43,173 bases of DNA, taken from the NCBI GenBank assembly GCA_964480545.1, contig CAYZQP010000002.1, positions 1-43,173 on the forward strand. The letters are read 5' to 3'. The position numbers were made by a program, and so were the translations under genes. A model generated the notes under the pieces. The model saw nothing but the letters and a program-made list of their open reading frames with translations, made no database searches and was not told the origin of the DNA. This document shows, piece after piece, positions 1 to 9,600 of this stretch (position 1 is its first letter; every line of letters starts with the position of its first letter). Source of the DNA: an uncultured Mesorhizobium sp. (lineage in GTDB: Bacteria; Pseudomonadota; Alphaproteobacteria; Rhizobiales; Rhizobiaceae).

Positions 1-756
1 CTCACAGCCCGCGGACTGGTCAAGCGCTATGGCCGCGTGACCGCCCTGGACAACGCAGATTTCGACCTCTATCCCGGCGAAATCCTTGCCGTCATCGGCG
101 ACAATGGTGCCGGCAAGTCATCGCTCATCAAGGCAATCTCGGGCGCTGTTGTGCCGGACGAAGGCGAGATCCGGCTGGAAGGCAAGACCGTCTCGTTCAA
201 GGCTCCCATGGAAGCGCGCGACGCCGGCATCGAGACCGTCTATCAGAACCTGGCTTTATCACCGGCGCTTTCCATCGCCGACAACATGTTCCTGGGCCGC
301 GAGTTGCGTAAGCCAGGGGTCCTCGGACAGATCTTCCGAATGCTTGACCGGCCTGCGATGGAAACGCGCGCAAGGGAAAAGCTCACCGAACTCGGACTGA
401 TGACCATCCAGAATATCAGTCAGGCCGTGGAAACCCTGTCAGGTGGTCAGCGTCAGGGCGTGGCGGTTGCGCGCGCGGCTGCCTTCGGTTCGAAAGTTGT
501 GATCATGGACGAGCCTACCGCAGCTCTTGGTGTGAAGGAATCCCGCCGCGTTCTGGAGTTGATCCTTGACGTGAAGAAGCGTGGTCTGCCGATTGTACTG
601 ATCTCGCACAACATGCCGCATGTCTTCGAAGTCGCAGACCGCATCCATATCCACCGCCTCGGCAAACGCCTGTGCGTTGTCGATCCGAAATCCATCTCCA
701 TGTCTGACGCCGTCGCCTTGATGACGGGCGCCATGAAGCCACCACAGGCAGCATAG
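1..756 (+). CDS. frcA: Fructose-type sugar ABC transporter ATP-binding protein (5'-partial)
   Basis: Frame is open from base 1 (LTARGLVKRYGRVTALDN). Walker A GDNGAGKS, signature LSGGQRQ, Walker B VVIMDEPT. Closely resembles rhizobial FrcA as recalled. Confidence 0.85.
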   Translation, partial: LTARGLVKRYGRVTALDNADFDLYPGEILAVIGDNGAGKSSLIKAISGAVVPDEGEIRLEGKTVSFKAPMEARDAGIETVYQNLALSPALSIADNMFLGRELRKPGVLGQIFRMLDRPAMETRAREKLTELGLMTIQNISQAVETLSGGQRQGVAVARAAAFGSKVVIMDEPTAALGVKESRRVLELILDVKKRGLPIVLISHNMPHVFEVADRIHIHRLGKRLCVVDPKSISMSDAVALMTGAMKPPQAA

Positions 757-820
757 CTGGCCCCGGGACCCGGGGAAGCCATTGCCGATTTCTGTGCCTG
801 TCGATGGTTAGGTAGTCCAG

Positions 821-865
821 CGGCGCAGGACGTCCCGGCGCAGGACATCCCGGCGCAGAATACGC
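821..865. repeat. 15-bp tandem repeat, about 3 copies
   Basis: cggcgcaggacgtcc / cggcgcaggacatcc / cggcgcagaatacgc, located between two convergent genes. Confidence 0.8.
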
Positions 866-875
866 TTGAGTGCAG

Positions 876-1514
876 TCACGACGCGCTTTCCAGCACGTCG
901 TGCCAGACGAGATCTGCCGGCTGACTTTCGCCAACTACCAGGTCCACATTCTTCATATCGTTGTTTTCGACCCAGGCTCGCGCTTCCTCCTCGCTGCGTC
1001 CAAGGCCTAGCCACCGGGCCATCAGCCGCCGCACCAGTTCGTCGCGCGGGACATCAATGAAGATGGAGAGATCAAACAACGCACGCAGCCCGGACCATTT
1101 CGGGCGGCCAAGCAGCAGGTAGTTTCCCTCCACCAGGACGTATTTCACGTCAGGCTCGATCAGTCGCCCGCCTGCGCGCGACAGCTCGATCGTTCGGTCG
1201 AACACCGGCACTGCAACACGTGTGCCACCGTTGCGTAACCGCCGCAGGCACGCCTCGAGCCCCTCGAAGTCAAACGTCTCCGGTGCGCCCTTTCGGCTGC
1301 GAAGACCGAGGTGGTTCAGAACCCCGTCATCATAATGGAATCCGTCCATCGGCACGACCTGCGTGATGTCTGCCGGCAATCGGTGCAGCAACTGCTCTGA
1401 CAGCAATGATTTGCCAGCGCCAGGCGCACCCGTAATCGCAATGAGCACACGGTTCCTGTCGGCACCCGCCTCAACGATCTTGCATGCAATCTCTTCAATA
1501 CCACTCAATGCCAT
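876..1514 (-). CDS. FrcK/YggC-like P-loop kinase (uridine/pantothenate kinase-like)
   Basis: GAPGAGKS Walker A, VPMDGFH, RKGAPETFD, VEGNYLLL. Start chosen at ATG 1514; GTG 1562 is possible. Confidence 0.85.
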   Translation of the reverse strand: MALSGIEEIACKIVEAGADRNRVLIAITGAPGAGKSLLSEQLLHRLPADITQVVPMDGFHYDDGVLNHLGLRSRKGAPETFDFEGLEACLRRLRNGGTRVAVPVFDRTIELSRAGGRLIEPDVKYVLVEGNYLLLGRPKWSGLRALFDLSIFIDVPRDELVRRLMARWLGLGRSEEEARAWVENNDMKNVDLVVGESQPADLVWHDVLESAS

Positions 1515-1591
1515 CAACCAATCTTCTGGCCGGTCTTCCCCTGTCAGCCATGTACTGCTCACCCACTATCCGTCAAAGGTGCTGCGGGTAG

Positions 1592-2362
1592 TCAAATCCG
1601 GCGCGCAAGCCAGCGGATCATGTTCGTCATCAGAGGTTTGTACCCGGCCCAGGCGAGAAATTCCTGCGAAAGCCAGTGTGGCCCGATATCGGTGGCCCAG
1701 GCGATCGACCGCCCCTTGCCAAAATCGCGTGTGGTCAGCAACGGCCAGGAACAGCCCCTATAAGAGGCCGAAGCGATCAGGCTGGCGGCCCCATCCTGTC
1801 GCAGGTCAAGCTTGTTGAGGCCAAGGATCGGCGGCCACGCATCGCTCAGCCCCTCAAGCACCGGATGGGCCGAAAGGTGAACCGATGGATAGATGCCCTC
1901 CGGCGCCTCCAGTCCATCATTCTGCGGCAGGCAGCGTACGCCCAGCACATCCTCAACCGCCGTATTGTGGAACCTGGCCGAGCCGAACATTCCCTGAAAT
2001 CCGTTGTATCCGCCTGCCATGAGCAATCCGCCGCCATTGGCAACGTAGGTCTTGATCAGTTCCAGCCTGTTGACACCGATTTGACCGGCCTGCGCCTGCG
2101 GCGTCACCAGCAACGACAGGGCATCAACATCCGAAATCACGACAACCGCATATTCCGCGAGAGCCTCAATCCCGGTTGGGAACTCCGCGCTGCAGCGCTC
2201 GGCCGCTATCTGCCGCACACCAATTCCGCCCTCCGCCAGCGCGGAGACAAAGCGCTCGGCCCCGTTACCTTGCGAAGACTTCACCACAAGATGCGAGCCC
2301 AACGACACCATCGTGGTCGTCGGGAAGGTCTCACCAGCCAGAAGAACGTTTATCGCTGCCAA
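1592..2362 (-). CDS. DUF1355 / class I glutamine-amidotransferase-like cytoplasmic protein
   Basis: VLLAGE, YAVVVISD, GGGLLMAGGY, GKGRSIAWATDIGPHW. TTG start at 2362 follows a GAAGGGGA RBS-like sequence; the longer ORF call overlaps the upstream gene. Confidence 0.75.
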   Translation of the reverse strand: MAAINVLLAGETFPTTTMVSLGSHLVVKSSQGNGAERFVSALAEGGIGVRQIAAERCSAEFPTGIEALAEYAVVVISDVDALSLLVTPQAQAGQIGVNRLELIKTYVANGGGLLMAGGYNGFQGMFGSARFHNTAVEDVLGVRCLPQNDGLEAPEGIYPSVHLSAHPVLEGLSDAWPPILGLNKLDLRQDGAASLIASASYRGCSWPLLTTRDFGKGRSIAWATDIGPHWLSQEFLAWAGYKPLMTNMIRWLARRI

Positions 2363-2424
2363 ATTCTCATCCCCTTCGGGCGCGCCGTGATACGCCGGCG
2401 CGCCCTGTCTCGCCTGGGAGGCGG

Positions 2425-3426
2425 TTAGAACTTGAACTCTTCCAGGTTCTCGGGCGTGACAATTTTGGCTGGTCCGAGGATCAGTTCGCCGGACGCGCCA
2501 ATCGTGTATTCGCCGAGACGGCCTGCGGTGAACTTCTCGCCTTCCTTGCCGGTGATCTTGCACTGGGCCAGTGCCTGAGCGGCGTGGTAGGTCAGGTAGC
2601 CAAGGTCAGAAACGTTCCACCAGATGTCCTGGGCAGAACCTTCCTTGATGTACTTCGAGATCAGCGTTGCCGGCGCCAGACCGGTCAACTTGACCTTGCC
2701 GAGCAACCCGGCCTCTTCAAGCGCACGGGCGGCTGCGGGCAAGCCGATGCCGGCCGGCACGATGATCGCCTTCACATCCGGGAAAGCCTGGACCAGAGCC
2801 AGCGTCTGCTGCTGGTTGATCTGCTCGCTCTCCTCGCCATACGCCACCTGGACGAGTTTCATCTTCGCAAACCTGGTGTCCTTCTCGAGACGATCCTTGA
2901 TCAGGGCGATCCAGGCGTTCTGGTTGGTAGCCGTTGGTGTGGAGGAGAGGATTGCGAAATCGCCTTCACCGCCCATCAGATTGAAGGCGCTTTCCAGCAT
3001 CATTTCTGCAAGGCTGTCGCCCTTGGCCTGATTCACGAATACCGAACGCGCATCTGGCGCAACGTCTGAATCGTACGAGATCACGCGCACACCATTTGCG
3101 GCAGCGCGCTTCAGTGCCGGCGCAACGGCATTGGCGTCATTGGCGGAAATCGCGATGACGCCAACCTTCTGCGACACCAGACTGTTGATGAATTCGACCT
3201 GAGCCTCGGCGGTTCCCTGCGACGGGGCCACCTGGATCACTTCACCGCCGATCTCCTTCTGGGCCTCATCGGCACCAAGCTTGGCAGTCTTGAAATACGG
3301 ATCGGTATCCAGCTTCGGCAGGAAGCCGACGGTGACCGGCTCCTTCGCGCATTCCTGCGCAGCCGCAGCAAAGGTCTGGCCGATCACAACAGCCGAAGCC
3401 AGCAGAGCAATCTTCAATTTGTTCAC
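2425..3426 (-). CDS. Sugar ABC transporter substrate-binding protein, RhaS/LsrB-like
   Basis: Signal peptide (KLKIALLASAVVIGQTFAAAA), FLPKLDTDPYF, VISYDSD, PTATNQNAW, DLGY. GTG start after AAGGGAG. Confidence 0.85.
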   Translation of the reverse strand: MNKLKIALLASAVVIGQTFAAAAQECAKEPVTVGFLPKLDTDPYFKTAKLGADEAQKEIGGEVIQVAPSQGTAEAQVEFINSLVSQKVGVIAISANDANAVAPALKRAAANGVRVISYDSDVAPDARSVFVNQAKGDSLAEMMLESAFNLMGGEGDFAILSSTPTATNQNAWIALIKDRLEKDTRFAKMKLVQVAYGEESEQINQQQTLALVQAFPDVKAIIVPAGIGLPAAARALEEAGLLGKVKLTGLAPATLISKYIKEGSAQDIWWNVSDLGYLTYHAAQALAQCKITGKEGEKFTAGRLGEYTIGASGELILGPAKIVTPENLEEFKF

Positions 3427-3454
3427 GTCACTTCTCCCTTGGTTTCTACCCAAA

Positions 3455-4459
3455 TCAGTCGGCAACCTCCGCGCCGACCTTGTTTTCTCGCCGTTCTGGC
3501 GGAAACAGCACGTTCATGATTGTCTTCGAGAAATTCCCCAGCAGCAGCGAGCCGATGAGCAACATGCCAATGACCATGCTCTGCGCGTCGCCGCCGATCT
3601 GGTTGAGCGCGAGCAGGTTGCGGATGGCCGAAATCAGCAGCAGCGCCAGCAGCACGCCCGTAAGCTTGCCCTTGCCGCCGTACACGCTGACACCGCCGAG
3701 CAGCACGATGGTGATGATATCGAGCTCCATGCCGAGCCCGTTATTGGCGCGCGCATTCGAGAGGCGGGCCGTGTAGACGATGGCCGCAATCGCCGAGATG
3801 GCACCGGTCAGGATGAACAGCGACGTTATCAGCCGGCGGGTCGCTATACCCGAGTAAATCGCCACGTCCGGGCTTCCGCCGATGGCGTAGATTCGCCTCC
3901 CGACAGCCATGCGCTGTAGCACGACGGCCAGCACCGGACCGAGAATAAGGAAAGGTATCAGCACCTGCGGAATGAAAGTGCCGGGGATGTTGTTGATGCC
4001 GAAATTGACCAGTGCATCCGGCAGGATATTCACGGACCCGGTTCCAAGCAGGATGTAGGCAATGCCGCGGAACATCGCCATCGTTCCCAGTGTCACGACG
4101 AGTGACGGCAGGCCGACATAGGCGACAAGAAATCCGTTGAAGAGGCCAAGAGCGCCACCTGCCACCACGGTCAGCAGGAGGGCTGCGACCAGCGGAAACC
4201 CGGCCTGTAACATCAATCCGAAGAGCACACTGGTGAGCCCAAGGATCGAGGCGACGGAAATGTCGATTTCGCGAGTGATGATCAGCAGCGCCATCGGCAG
4301 CATGATCAGCGCCTTTTCCGCAGCACTCGCCAGCATCTGGGAGATGTTGAAGGCTGACAGGAAATTTGGGACGAACAGCGCGCCATAGGCGAGCACGAGG
4401 ATGCATGCTATCGCCAGCAGAGCATCCCAGGGGTCAAGGCGTTTGAGCATCTTCATCAT
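3455..4459 (-). CDS. Sugar ABC transporter permease (RhaQ/RbsC family)
   Basis: Hydrophobic; EIDISVAS, GRRIYAIGG, ELDIITIVLLGGVSVYGGKG. Confidence 0.9.
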   Translation of the reverse strand: MMKMLKRLDPWDALLAIACILVLAYGALFVPNFLSAFNISQMLASAAEKALIMLPMALLIITREIDISVASILGLTSVLFGLMLQAGFPLVAALLLTVVAGGALGLFNGFLVAYVGLPSLVVTLGTMAMFRGIAYILLGTGSVNILPDALVNFGINNIPGTFIPQVLIPFLILGPVLAVVLQRMAVGRRIYAIGGSPDVAIYSGIATRRLITSLFILTGAISAIAAIVYTARLSNARANNGLGMELDIITIVLLGGVSVYGGKGKLTGVLLALLLISAIRNLLALNQIGGDAQSMVIGMLLIGSLLLGNFSKTIMNVLFPPERRENKVGAEVAD

Positions 4460-4469
4460 GGTCGCCTCC

Positions 4470-7004
4470 TCAATGCCTTCCGGTGCGCCGTGAGCGCTTG
4501 ACGATGTAGGCGTCGATGGAGATCGCGAGCAGGATCACAAGGCCGTAGACGCCCTGCAGCCAGAGCGGATCGACGCGCACGAGTGTCAGCCCGTTGCGGA
4601 TTACCAGGAGCGTGATCGCACCAAGCGCGATGCCGAGCAGCGTTCCCGCACCACCCCGGATCGCCACCCCGCCGACGACAGCGGCAGCGATGACTGTGAG
4701 TTCGTAACCTGTGGCAACGCGTGCATCGACCGTTGCGTAGCGGGAGGCCCACAGCACGCCGCACAGCCCGGCAAGCAGGCCGCAGGCAGCGAAGGCGAGG
4801 AAGATGCGCTTGTTGACCGGGATGCCGATCAGCGCAGCACCATCGGGGTTAGAGCCGGTCGCAAACAGCTCGCGGCCGATCGTCGTACGGTTGAGCAGGA
4901 ACGCTGACACCACCATGATCGCAGTGACGATGATGACCACAAGCGGCACACCGGCCAGCTTGTATCCGGTCATGGCAAGCCAGGCTGCCGGCACTTCGTC
5001 TGCGCTGACCTGATCGCCGGCAGCCCAAAGGCTCGTGAAACCGCGAAACAACGAGAGCGTGGCGAGTGTCGCAACAATGGCCGGAATGCGCCCGAAGGTG
5101 ATGATGGCACCATTGAACATCCCCGCCACAAGGCCAGCAAGCGCGCCGGCGAGCACGCCACCCAAAACGCCGATTTCGGGGTGCGACGACATCAGGCTCG
5201 CAGACACGTAAGCGGCCAGTCCGATCGCCGAGGCGATGGAGAGATCGATGCTACGCGTCAGCAGCACGAGCATCTGGCCAAGCGCTGCCAACATCAACAG
5301 GCTGGCATCCATCGACACTGCCGTCAGGTTGGCTGCGCTGAGCATCCGCGGATTGATAATTGCGACGGGAATGACGATTGCAGCGATGGCGGCAACCAGC
5401 CCCATCTCGCGGCGCTTGAAGATATCCAGCAAGCCACGGCTCTGCTGCGAGACGACCTGGGTGTCTACCTTCTGGCTCGTGCCCGCATTGTCGGCTGTCG
5501 CAGCCTCAAGCACGGCTTCCTGTGACGCTTCTCCACCCTTGAATTCGGCGGTCTGCTCGCCTTCACGAAGCACGATGATGCGATTGCACATGCCCAGCAG
5601 CTCGGGCATCTCCGAAGAGATCAGGATGATTGCGATGCCCTGGGCCGCAAGGCTCGATATCATCGCCTGCACTTCGGCCTTGCTGTTGACGTCGATGCCC
5701 TGGGTCGGCTCGTCGAGGATCAGGAGCTTCGGCTTGGTGGCCAGCCATTTCGACAGCACGACCTTTTGCTGATTGCCGCCTGACAATTCGCGTACCGGCT
5801 GGTCGTAGCTGCGATAGCGCAGCGACAGCCGCTTCAGTTCATCACCTACCAGTTCGATGGCGCTCTTGCGCTTGTAGAAGCCGTTCGGCGAAGCTCCACC
5901 CAGAACGGCAAGACTGGCATTGTCCAGAATGGTGAAGTCGGGGATGACGCTCTGCCCGAGCCGGTCTTCCGACACATAGGCAACACCGGCGGCAATCGCT
6001 TCGCGCGGCGCACCGAATGAAGCCTCCTTGCCGTTGAGAACTATTTTTCCCCCGGCAGCGCGGTCAATGCCGAACAGCACCCGGGCAACCTCGGTGCGGC
6101 CGCTGCCGACCAGACCGCCGAAACCCAGTATCTCCCCGGCCCGCACCTGAAAGCTGATGTTGTTGAACGCACCCGGCCGCGACAGATTGCGAACGTCGAG
6201 CACCACGTCGCCAAAACTGGAAGGGCGCTCCGGATATGCCCCGGTCATCTCGCGCCCGACCATCAACTTGATCGCCATCTCGCGCGGCACTTCCGACACC
6301 GGTCCGCCGCCAACCATCTTTCCGTCGCGCAACACGGCGACGCGGTCAGCAACGCGGTAGATCTCATCCATGCGGTGGCCAACGAACATCATCGCCACGC
6401 CATGCGCGCGCAGGTCGTCAACAACCTTGAACAGTTGCTCGACCTCGCTCTGCGATAGCGCAGCCGTTGGCTCATCCATGATCAGCACACGCGCATTCAT
6501 AGAGAGCGCACGTGCAATCTCGACCAGCTGCTGCTCTGACGTGCTGAGATCGCCAAGTCGCGTCTGCGGGGAGATGCGCAGCCCGATCTTGCCGAGCACC
6601 CTGGCGGCCTCCGACATCATCGTGCCAGTATCGATGATGCCACCGAACCCCTTGGGCATATGCCCGATGAAGATGTTTTCGCCGACCGAGAGGTCAGGAA
6701 ACAGCCCGGGATGCTGGTGCATCACGGCAATGCCCAGCGTCTGCGAATCCGCTGCGGAGTGAAACATGCGCGCGATGCCATCGACCTCGATGGTCCCGCT
6801 CGTGGGAGCATAGACGCCGGCCAACAGCTTTACGCAGGTGCTTTTACCAGCCCCGTTCTCTCCAAGAAGCGCAAGAACCTCGCCGGATCGCAGGGAGAAC
6901 GAGACGCCTTCAATCGCGACCGTGCCTCCGAACACTTTGGAGACATTACCAAACCGGACGATCTCAGCTTCTCGCTTTTCTGTCGCGCCGGCGACCGGTG
7001 TCAT
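4470..7004 (-). CDS. Fused sugar ABC double-ATPase plus permease (RhaT-RhaP-like)
   Basis: GENGAGKS and two ABC domains (LSGGNQQK, LILDEPT), continuing without a stop into an RbsC-type permease (SIDLSIAS, ELTVIAAAVVGGVAIRGG). ATG 7004 follows GGAGGAG. Confidence 0.85.
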   Translation of the reverse strand: MTPVAGATEKREAEIVRFGNVSKVFGGTVAIEGVSFSLRSGEVLALLGENGAGKSTCVKLLAGVYAPTSGTIEVDGIARMFHSAADSQTLGIAVMHQHPGLFPDLSVGENIFIGHMPKGFGGIIDTGTMMSEAARVLGKIGLRISPQTRLGDLSTSEQQLVEIARALSMNARVLIMDEPTAALSQSEVEQLFKVVDDLRAHGVAMMFVGHRMDEIYRVADRVAVLRDGKMVGGGPVSEVPREMAIKLMVGREMTGAYPERPSSFGDVVLDVRNLSRPGAFNNISFQVRAGEILGFGGLVGSGRTEVARVLFGIDRAAGGKIVLNGKEASFGAPREAIAAGVAYVSEDRLGQSVIPDFTILDNASLAVLGGASPNGFYKRKSAIELVGDELKRLSLRYRSYDQPVRELSGGNQQKVVLSKWLATKPKLLILDEPTQGIDVNSKAEVQAMISSLAAQGIAIILISSEMPELLGMCNRIIVLREGEQTAEFKGGEASQEAVLEAATADNAGTSQKVDTQVVSQQSRGLLDIFKRREMGLVAAIAAIVIPVAIINPRMLSAANLTAVSMDASLLMLAALGQMLVLLTRSIDLSIASAIGLAAYVSASLMSSHPEIGVLGGVLAGALAGLVAGMFNGAIITFGRIPAIVATLATLSLFRGFTSLWAAGDQVSADEVPAAWLAMTGYKLAGVPLVVIIVTAIMVVSAFLLNRTTIGRELFATGSNPDGAALIGIPVNKRIFLAFAACGLLAGLCGVLWASRYATVDARVATGYELTVIAAAVVGGVAIRGGAGTLLGIALGAITLLVIRNGLTLVRVDPLWLQGVYGLVILLAISIDAYIVKRSRRTGRH

Positions 7005-7040
7005 GTCCAATCGCTCCTCCCGGTGCCAACGACATTCATT

Positions 7041-7065
7041 TTTTAACTTGCTATAATAATTAAAA
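7041..7065. promoter_or_regulatory. Candidate ROK-regulator operator
   Basis: AT-rich imperfect palindrome TTTTAACTT-GCTATAA-TAATTAAAA between the divergent transporter and ROK genes. Confidence 0.4.
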
Positions 7066-7182
7066 TCAAGATGCAACACGTGTTGACATCCCCGAACCCA
7101 AAACACAGGTTGAGAGGAGATACCGCGCACCGGTCTTCGAGCAATGCGCGCAGGCAGAATGAGACGATGGGAGAGGCGTGCC

Positions 7183-8433
7183 TTGAGCGGAAAAGGAAGC
7201 AATTCCATCAAGATACGGCACTACAACGAGCGCTTTATCCTCGATGCAGTGCGGCGGCTGAAGGAGGCATCCAAGTCAGATCTGGCGCGCGCCGCAAACC
7301 TTACACCTGCGGCCGTTGCCGCCATTGTGGATGACCTGGAAGCTGCAGGTCTGGTCAAGCAAATTGGCAAAAGATTTGGACAGCGAGGCTCACCGTCCAT
7401 CCTCTATCAACTGACGCCTGAGCGAATCTTCAGCATCGGCATCAAGGTCGGACGGCGTGCCCTCAGGGCCTTGCTGGTCGATTTCGCCGGCGATGTCCGT
7501 GCAAGCGAAACCCACGAGTACCCTTACCCTGACCCGGACCTCGTCCTGAAAGCCGGCAACAGCGCCCTCGACACTTTCGGCAAACTTGTGACCGGACTGG
7601 AAGACGCTACGTTGGCCGGGGTGGGTATAGCTGCACCATACTTCCTCGGCGGCTGGAGCGAGGAACTCGGCTTTCCCGATGGAATCGGCGAAAGATGGCA
7701 AGCCATTGACCTGACCAATTTCTTTAACATCGACGCGCGTATACCGATCTATGCCGAGAACGATGCGTCGGTCGGCGCATTGGCAGAGCTGGGCCGCGGC
7801 GGCGGAGCACGCTTCCGCGATTTCATGCACATCTCCATTGATACATTCATCGGAGGCGGTCTTGTGCAGGATGGCAAGGTGCATGTTGGTCCCAACGGAA
7901 ACAGCGCAGCCCTTGGCCCCCTGCCCGTCTCACCTTCCACACTCGATTCGATCCCGCAGAGGCCAGCGCCTTTTCAGACGCTCCTTCACCGGGCTTCCAT
8001 CTACGTCCTCGTCAACCACCTGAAGTCGCGCGGCATTGAAATCGCCCGTATTCGTGAGCTGGATCCCCTGCCCGAAGCTGCCCGGCAGCCGGTGAGGGAA
8101 TGGCTCGAGGATTGCGCCAGGGCACTCACTGAGGCAATCGTGTCGATTGCCTCGATCGTCGACCTTGAGGCCATCATCATCGACAGCATTCTTCCGCGAC
8201 CAATACATGCCGAACTGCTTGCAAGGGTTCAGCGCGGCTTCGACCAACTGGAGGTCGTTGGTATTGTCAAACCGGAAATTCTCGGAGGGCAGTTTGGCCC
8301 GGATGCCTCTGCCCTCGGCGCTGCCATGTTGCCCCTGTCAGCTCTGCTGGAGCCGAACTCCGGGGTTCTGATGATTGGTCAGGGTGGCACCGCCACCACC
8401 GGCCGCCTGTCCGATCTCGTCGGCACGAACTGA
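7183..8433 (+). CDS. ROK family transcriptional regulator (FrcR-like)
   Basis: N-terminal HTH (RHYNERFIL...SKSDLARAANLT), ENDAS, FIGGGLV. TTG start after GGGAGAGG. Confidence 0.85.
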   Translation: MSGKGSNSIKIRHYNERFILDAVRRLKEASKSDLARAANLTPAAVAAIVDDLEAAGLVKQIGKRFGQRGSPSILYQLTPERIFSIGIKVGRRALRALLVDFAGDVRASETHEYPYPDPDLVLKAGNSALDTFGKLVTGLEDATLAGVGIAAPYFLGGWSEELGFPDGIGERWQAIDLTNFFNIDARIPIYAENDASVGALAELGRGGGARFRDFMHISIDTFIGGGLVQDGKVHVGPNGNSAALGPLPVSPSTLDSIPQRPAPFQTLLHRASIYVLVNHLKSRGIEIARIRELDPLPEAARQPVREWLEDCARALTEAIVSIASIVDLEAIIIDSILPRPIHAELLARVQRGFDQLEVVGIVKPEILGGQFGPDASALGAAMLPLSALLEPNSGVLMIGQGGTATTGRLSDLVGTN

Positions 8434-8520
8434 GTGCTCAACCCTGAGCGCTGCTCGACTTGAACACTCGGACAACGGCAGGCTTACAGGACCATCGACG
8501 ATGTGGCGGGTGCCGGTGAC

Positions 8521-9174
8521 CTACAGGATCGACTGGCCAGTGGCAGCCCAATCCTTCGCAAACTGGTCGAGCCCCTTGTCGGTGAGGGCATGGTTGCCGA
8601 GGCCCTTGATGACGGCTGCCGGAACAGTCGCAACGTCTGCGCCAGCAAGTGCTGCATCCTTGACGTGGTTGGCTGTCCGGATCGAGGCGGCCAGTATCTC
8701 CGTCTTGAAATCGTAATTGTCGTAGATCTGGCGTATGTCGCGGATGAGTTCCATGCCGTCGATGTTGATGTCGTCCAGGCGGCCGACGAACGGGGAGATG
8801 AAGGTCGCGCCGGCCTTTGCCGCGAGTAGCGCCTGGTTGGCACTGAAGCAGAGTGTGACGTTTGTCTTGATGCCGCGCGAGGCGAAATAGCGGGCAGCCT
8901 TGAGGCCATGAAGCGTCAGCGGCAGCTTGATCACCACGTTCTTCGCAATCTTTGCCAGATGCTCGCCTTCAGCGACCATACCATCGTAATCCAGTGCTGC
9001 GACCTCGGCGGAGACTGGGCCTTCTACAATGCCGCAAATTTCGGCGATGACCTCTTTGAAGTCGCGGCCGGATTTCGCAATCAGCGAGGGATTGGTGGTG
9101 ACGCCATCCAGTAGGCCGTAGTCGTTCAGTTCCTTGATCTCGGCAACAACTGCCGTATCGACGAAGAATTTCAT
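8521..9174 (-). CDS. tal: Transaldolase (short TalC/FSA family)
   Basis: [16 protein letters not shown], Schiff-base [21 protein letters not shown] and SAEV favour transaldolase over FSA. Confidence 0.9.
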   Translation of the reverse strand: MKFFVDTAVVAEIKELNDYGLLDGVTTNPSLIAKSGRDFKEVIAEICGIVEGPVSAEVAALDYDGMVAEGEHLAKIAKNVVIKLPLTLHGLKAARYFASRGIKTNVTLCFSANQALLAAKAGATFISPFVGRLDDINIDGMELIRDIRQIYDNYDFKTEILAASIRTANHVKDAALAGADVATVPAAVIKGLGNHALTDKGLDQFAKDWAATGQSIL

Positions 9175-9185
9175 GATCTTTCCTC

Positions 9186-9466
9186 TCAGTGCTTGATGAG
9201 CGATTTCGCGCGGCCGACGATCACTTCCCTGGCGATTCCAAATTCCCTGTAGAGACGATCGGCCGGAGCCGATGCGCCGAAGTCGGTCAAGCCGATCACG
9301 TCGTCTTCGGATGCGACGTAGCGGTTCCATCCAAACTTGCTCACCGCCTCGATTGCTATTCTGCGCGCGGTGCCGGGAACTCGTTGCGGTAGTCAGTGGG
9401 CTGCGCGTCAAACAGATCCCAGGCGGGCATCGACACGAAGGCCGCAGCGATTCCTTAGTGAGACAT
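9186..9466 (-). pseudogene. tkt: Transketolase C-terminal remnant
   Basis: GGAGG RBS + MSH*, then [18 protein letters not shown]; a frameshift; then [15 protein letters not shown]...[21 protein letters not shown]...KH*. Confidence 0.85.
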
Positions 9467-9509
9467 GTCTTGTCCTCCGACGCGGCGGCTCATAATCCAG
9501 CCTTTAATG

Positions 9510-9560
9510 AATCACAATGCATAATAACGAAATCACATAAAAAATGTTATGTTTGTTACG
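9510..9560. promoter_or_regulatory. Candidate DeoR-family operator array
   Basis: AATCACA at 9510 and 9531 (21 bp apart) plus TGTTATG/TGTTACG, in the AT-rich divergent promoter region. Confidence 0.4.
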
Positions 9561-9600
9561 TTTGGAGTTGTGTATGAGTAGCCCCGCATGGGGATGAGTC

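Noticed and set aside
821..865. Possible CRISPR array
   Set aside because: Contiguous 15-mers with no spacers, and no cas genes.
2425..7004. Assigning rha or lsr gene symbols
   Set aside because: Family-level similarity only; the cognate catabolic genes are absent.
7005..7211. N-terminal extension of the 913-aa ORF
   Set aside because: Runs through the AT-rich promoter region and overlaps the ROK gene; a good RBS precedes ATG 7004.
9175..9411. N-terminal extension of transaldolase
   Set aside because: An off-frame reading of the transketolase remnant.
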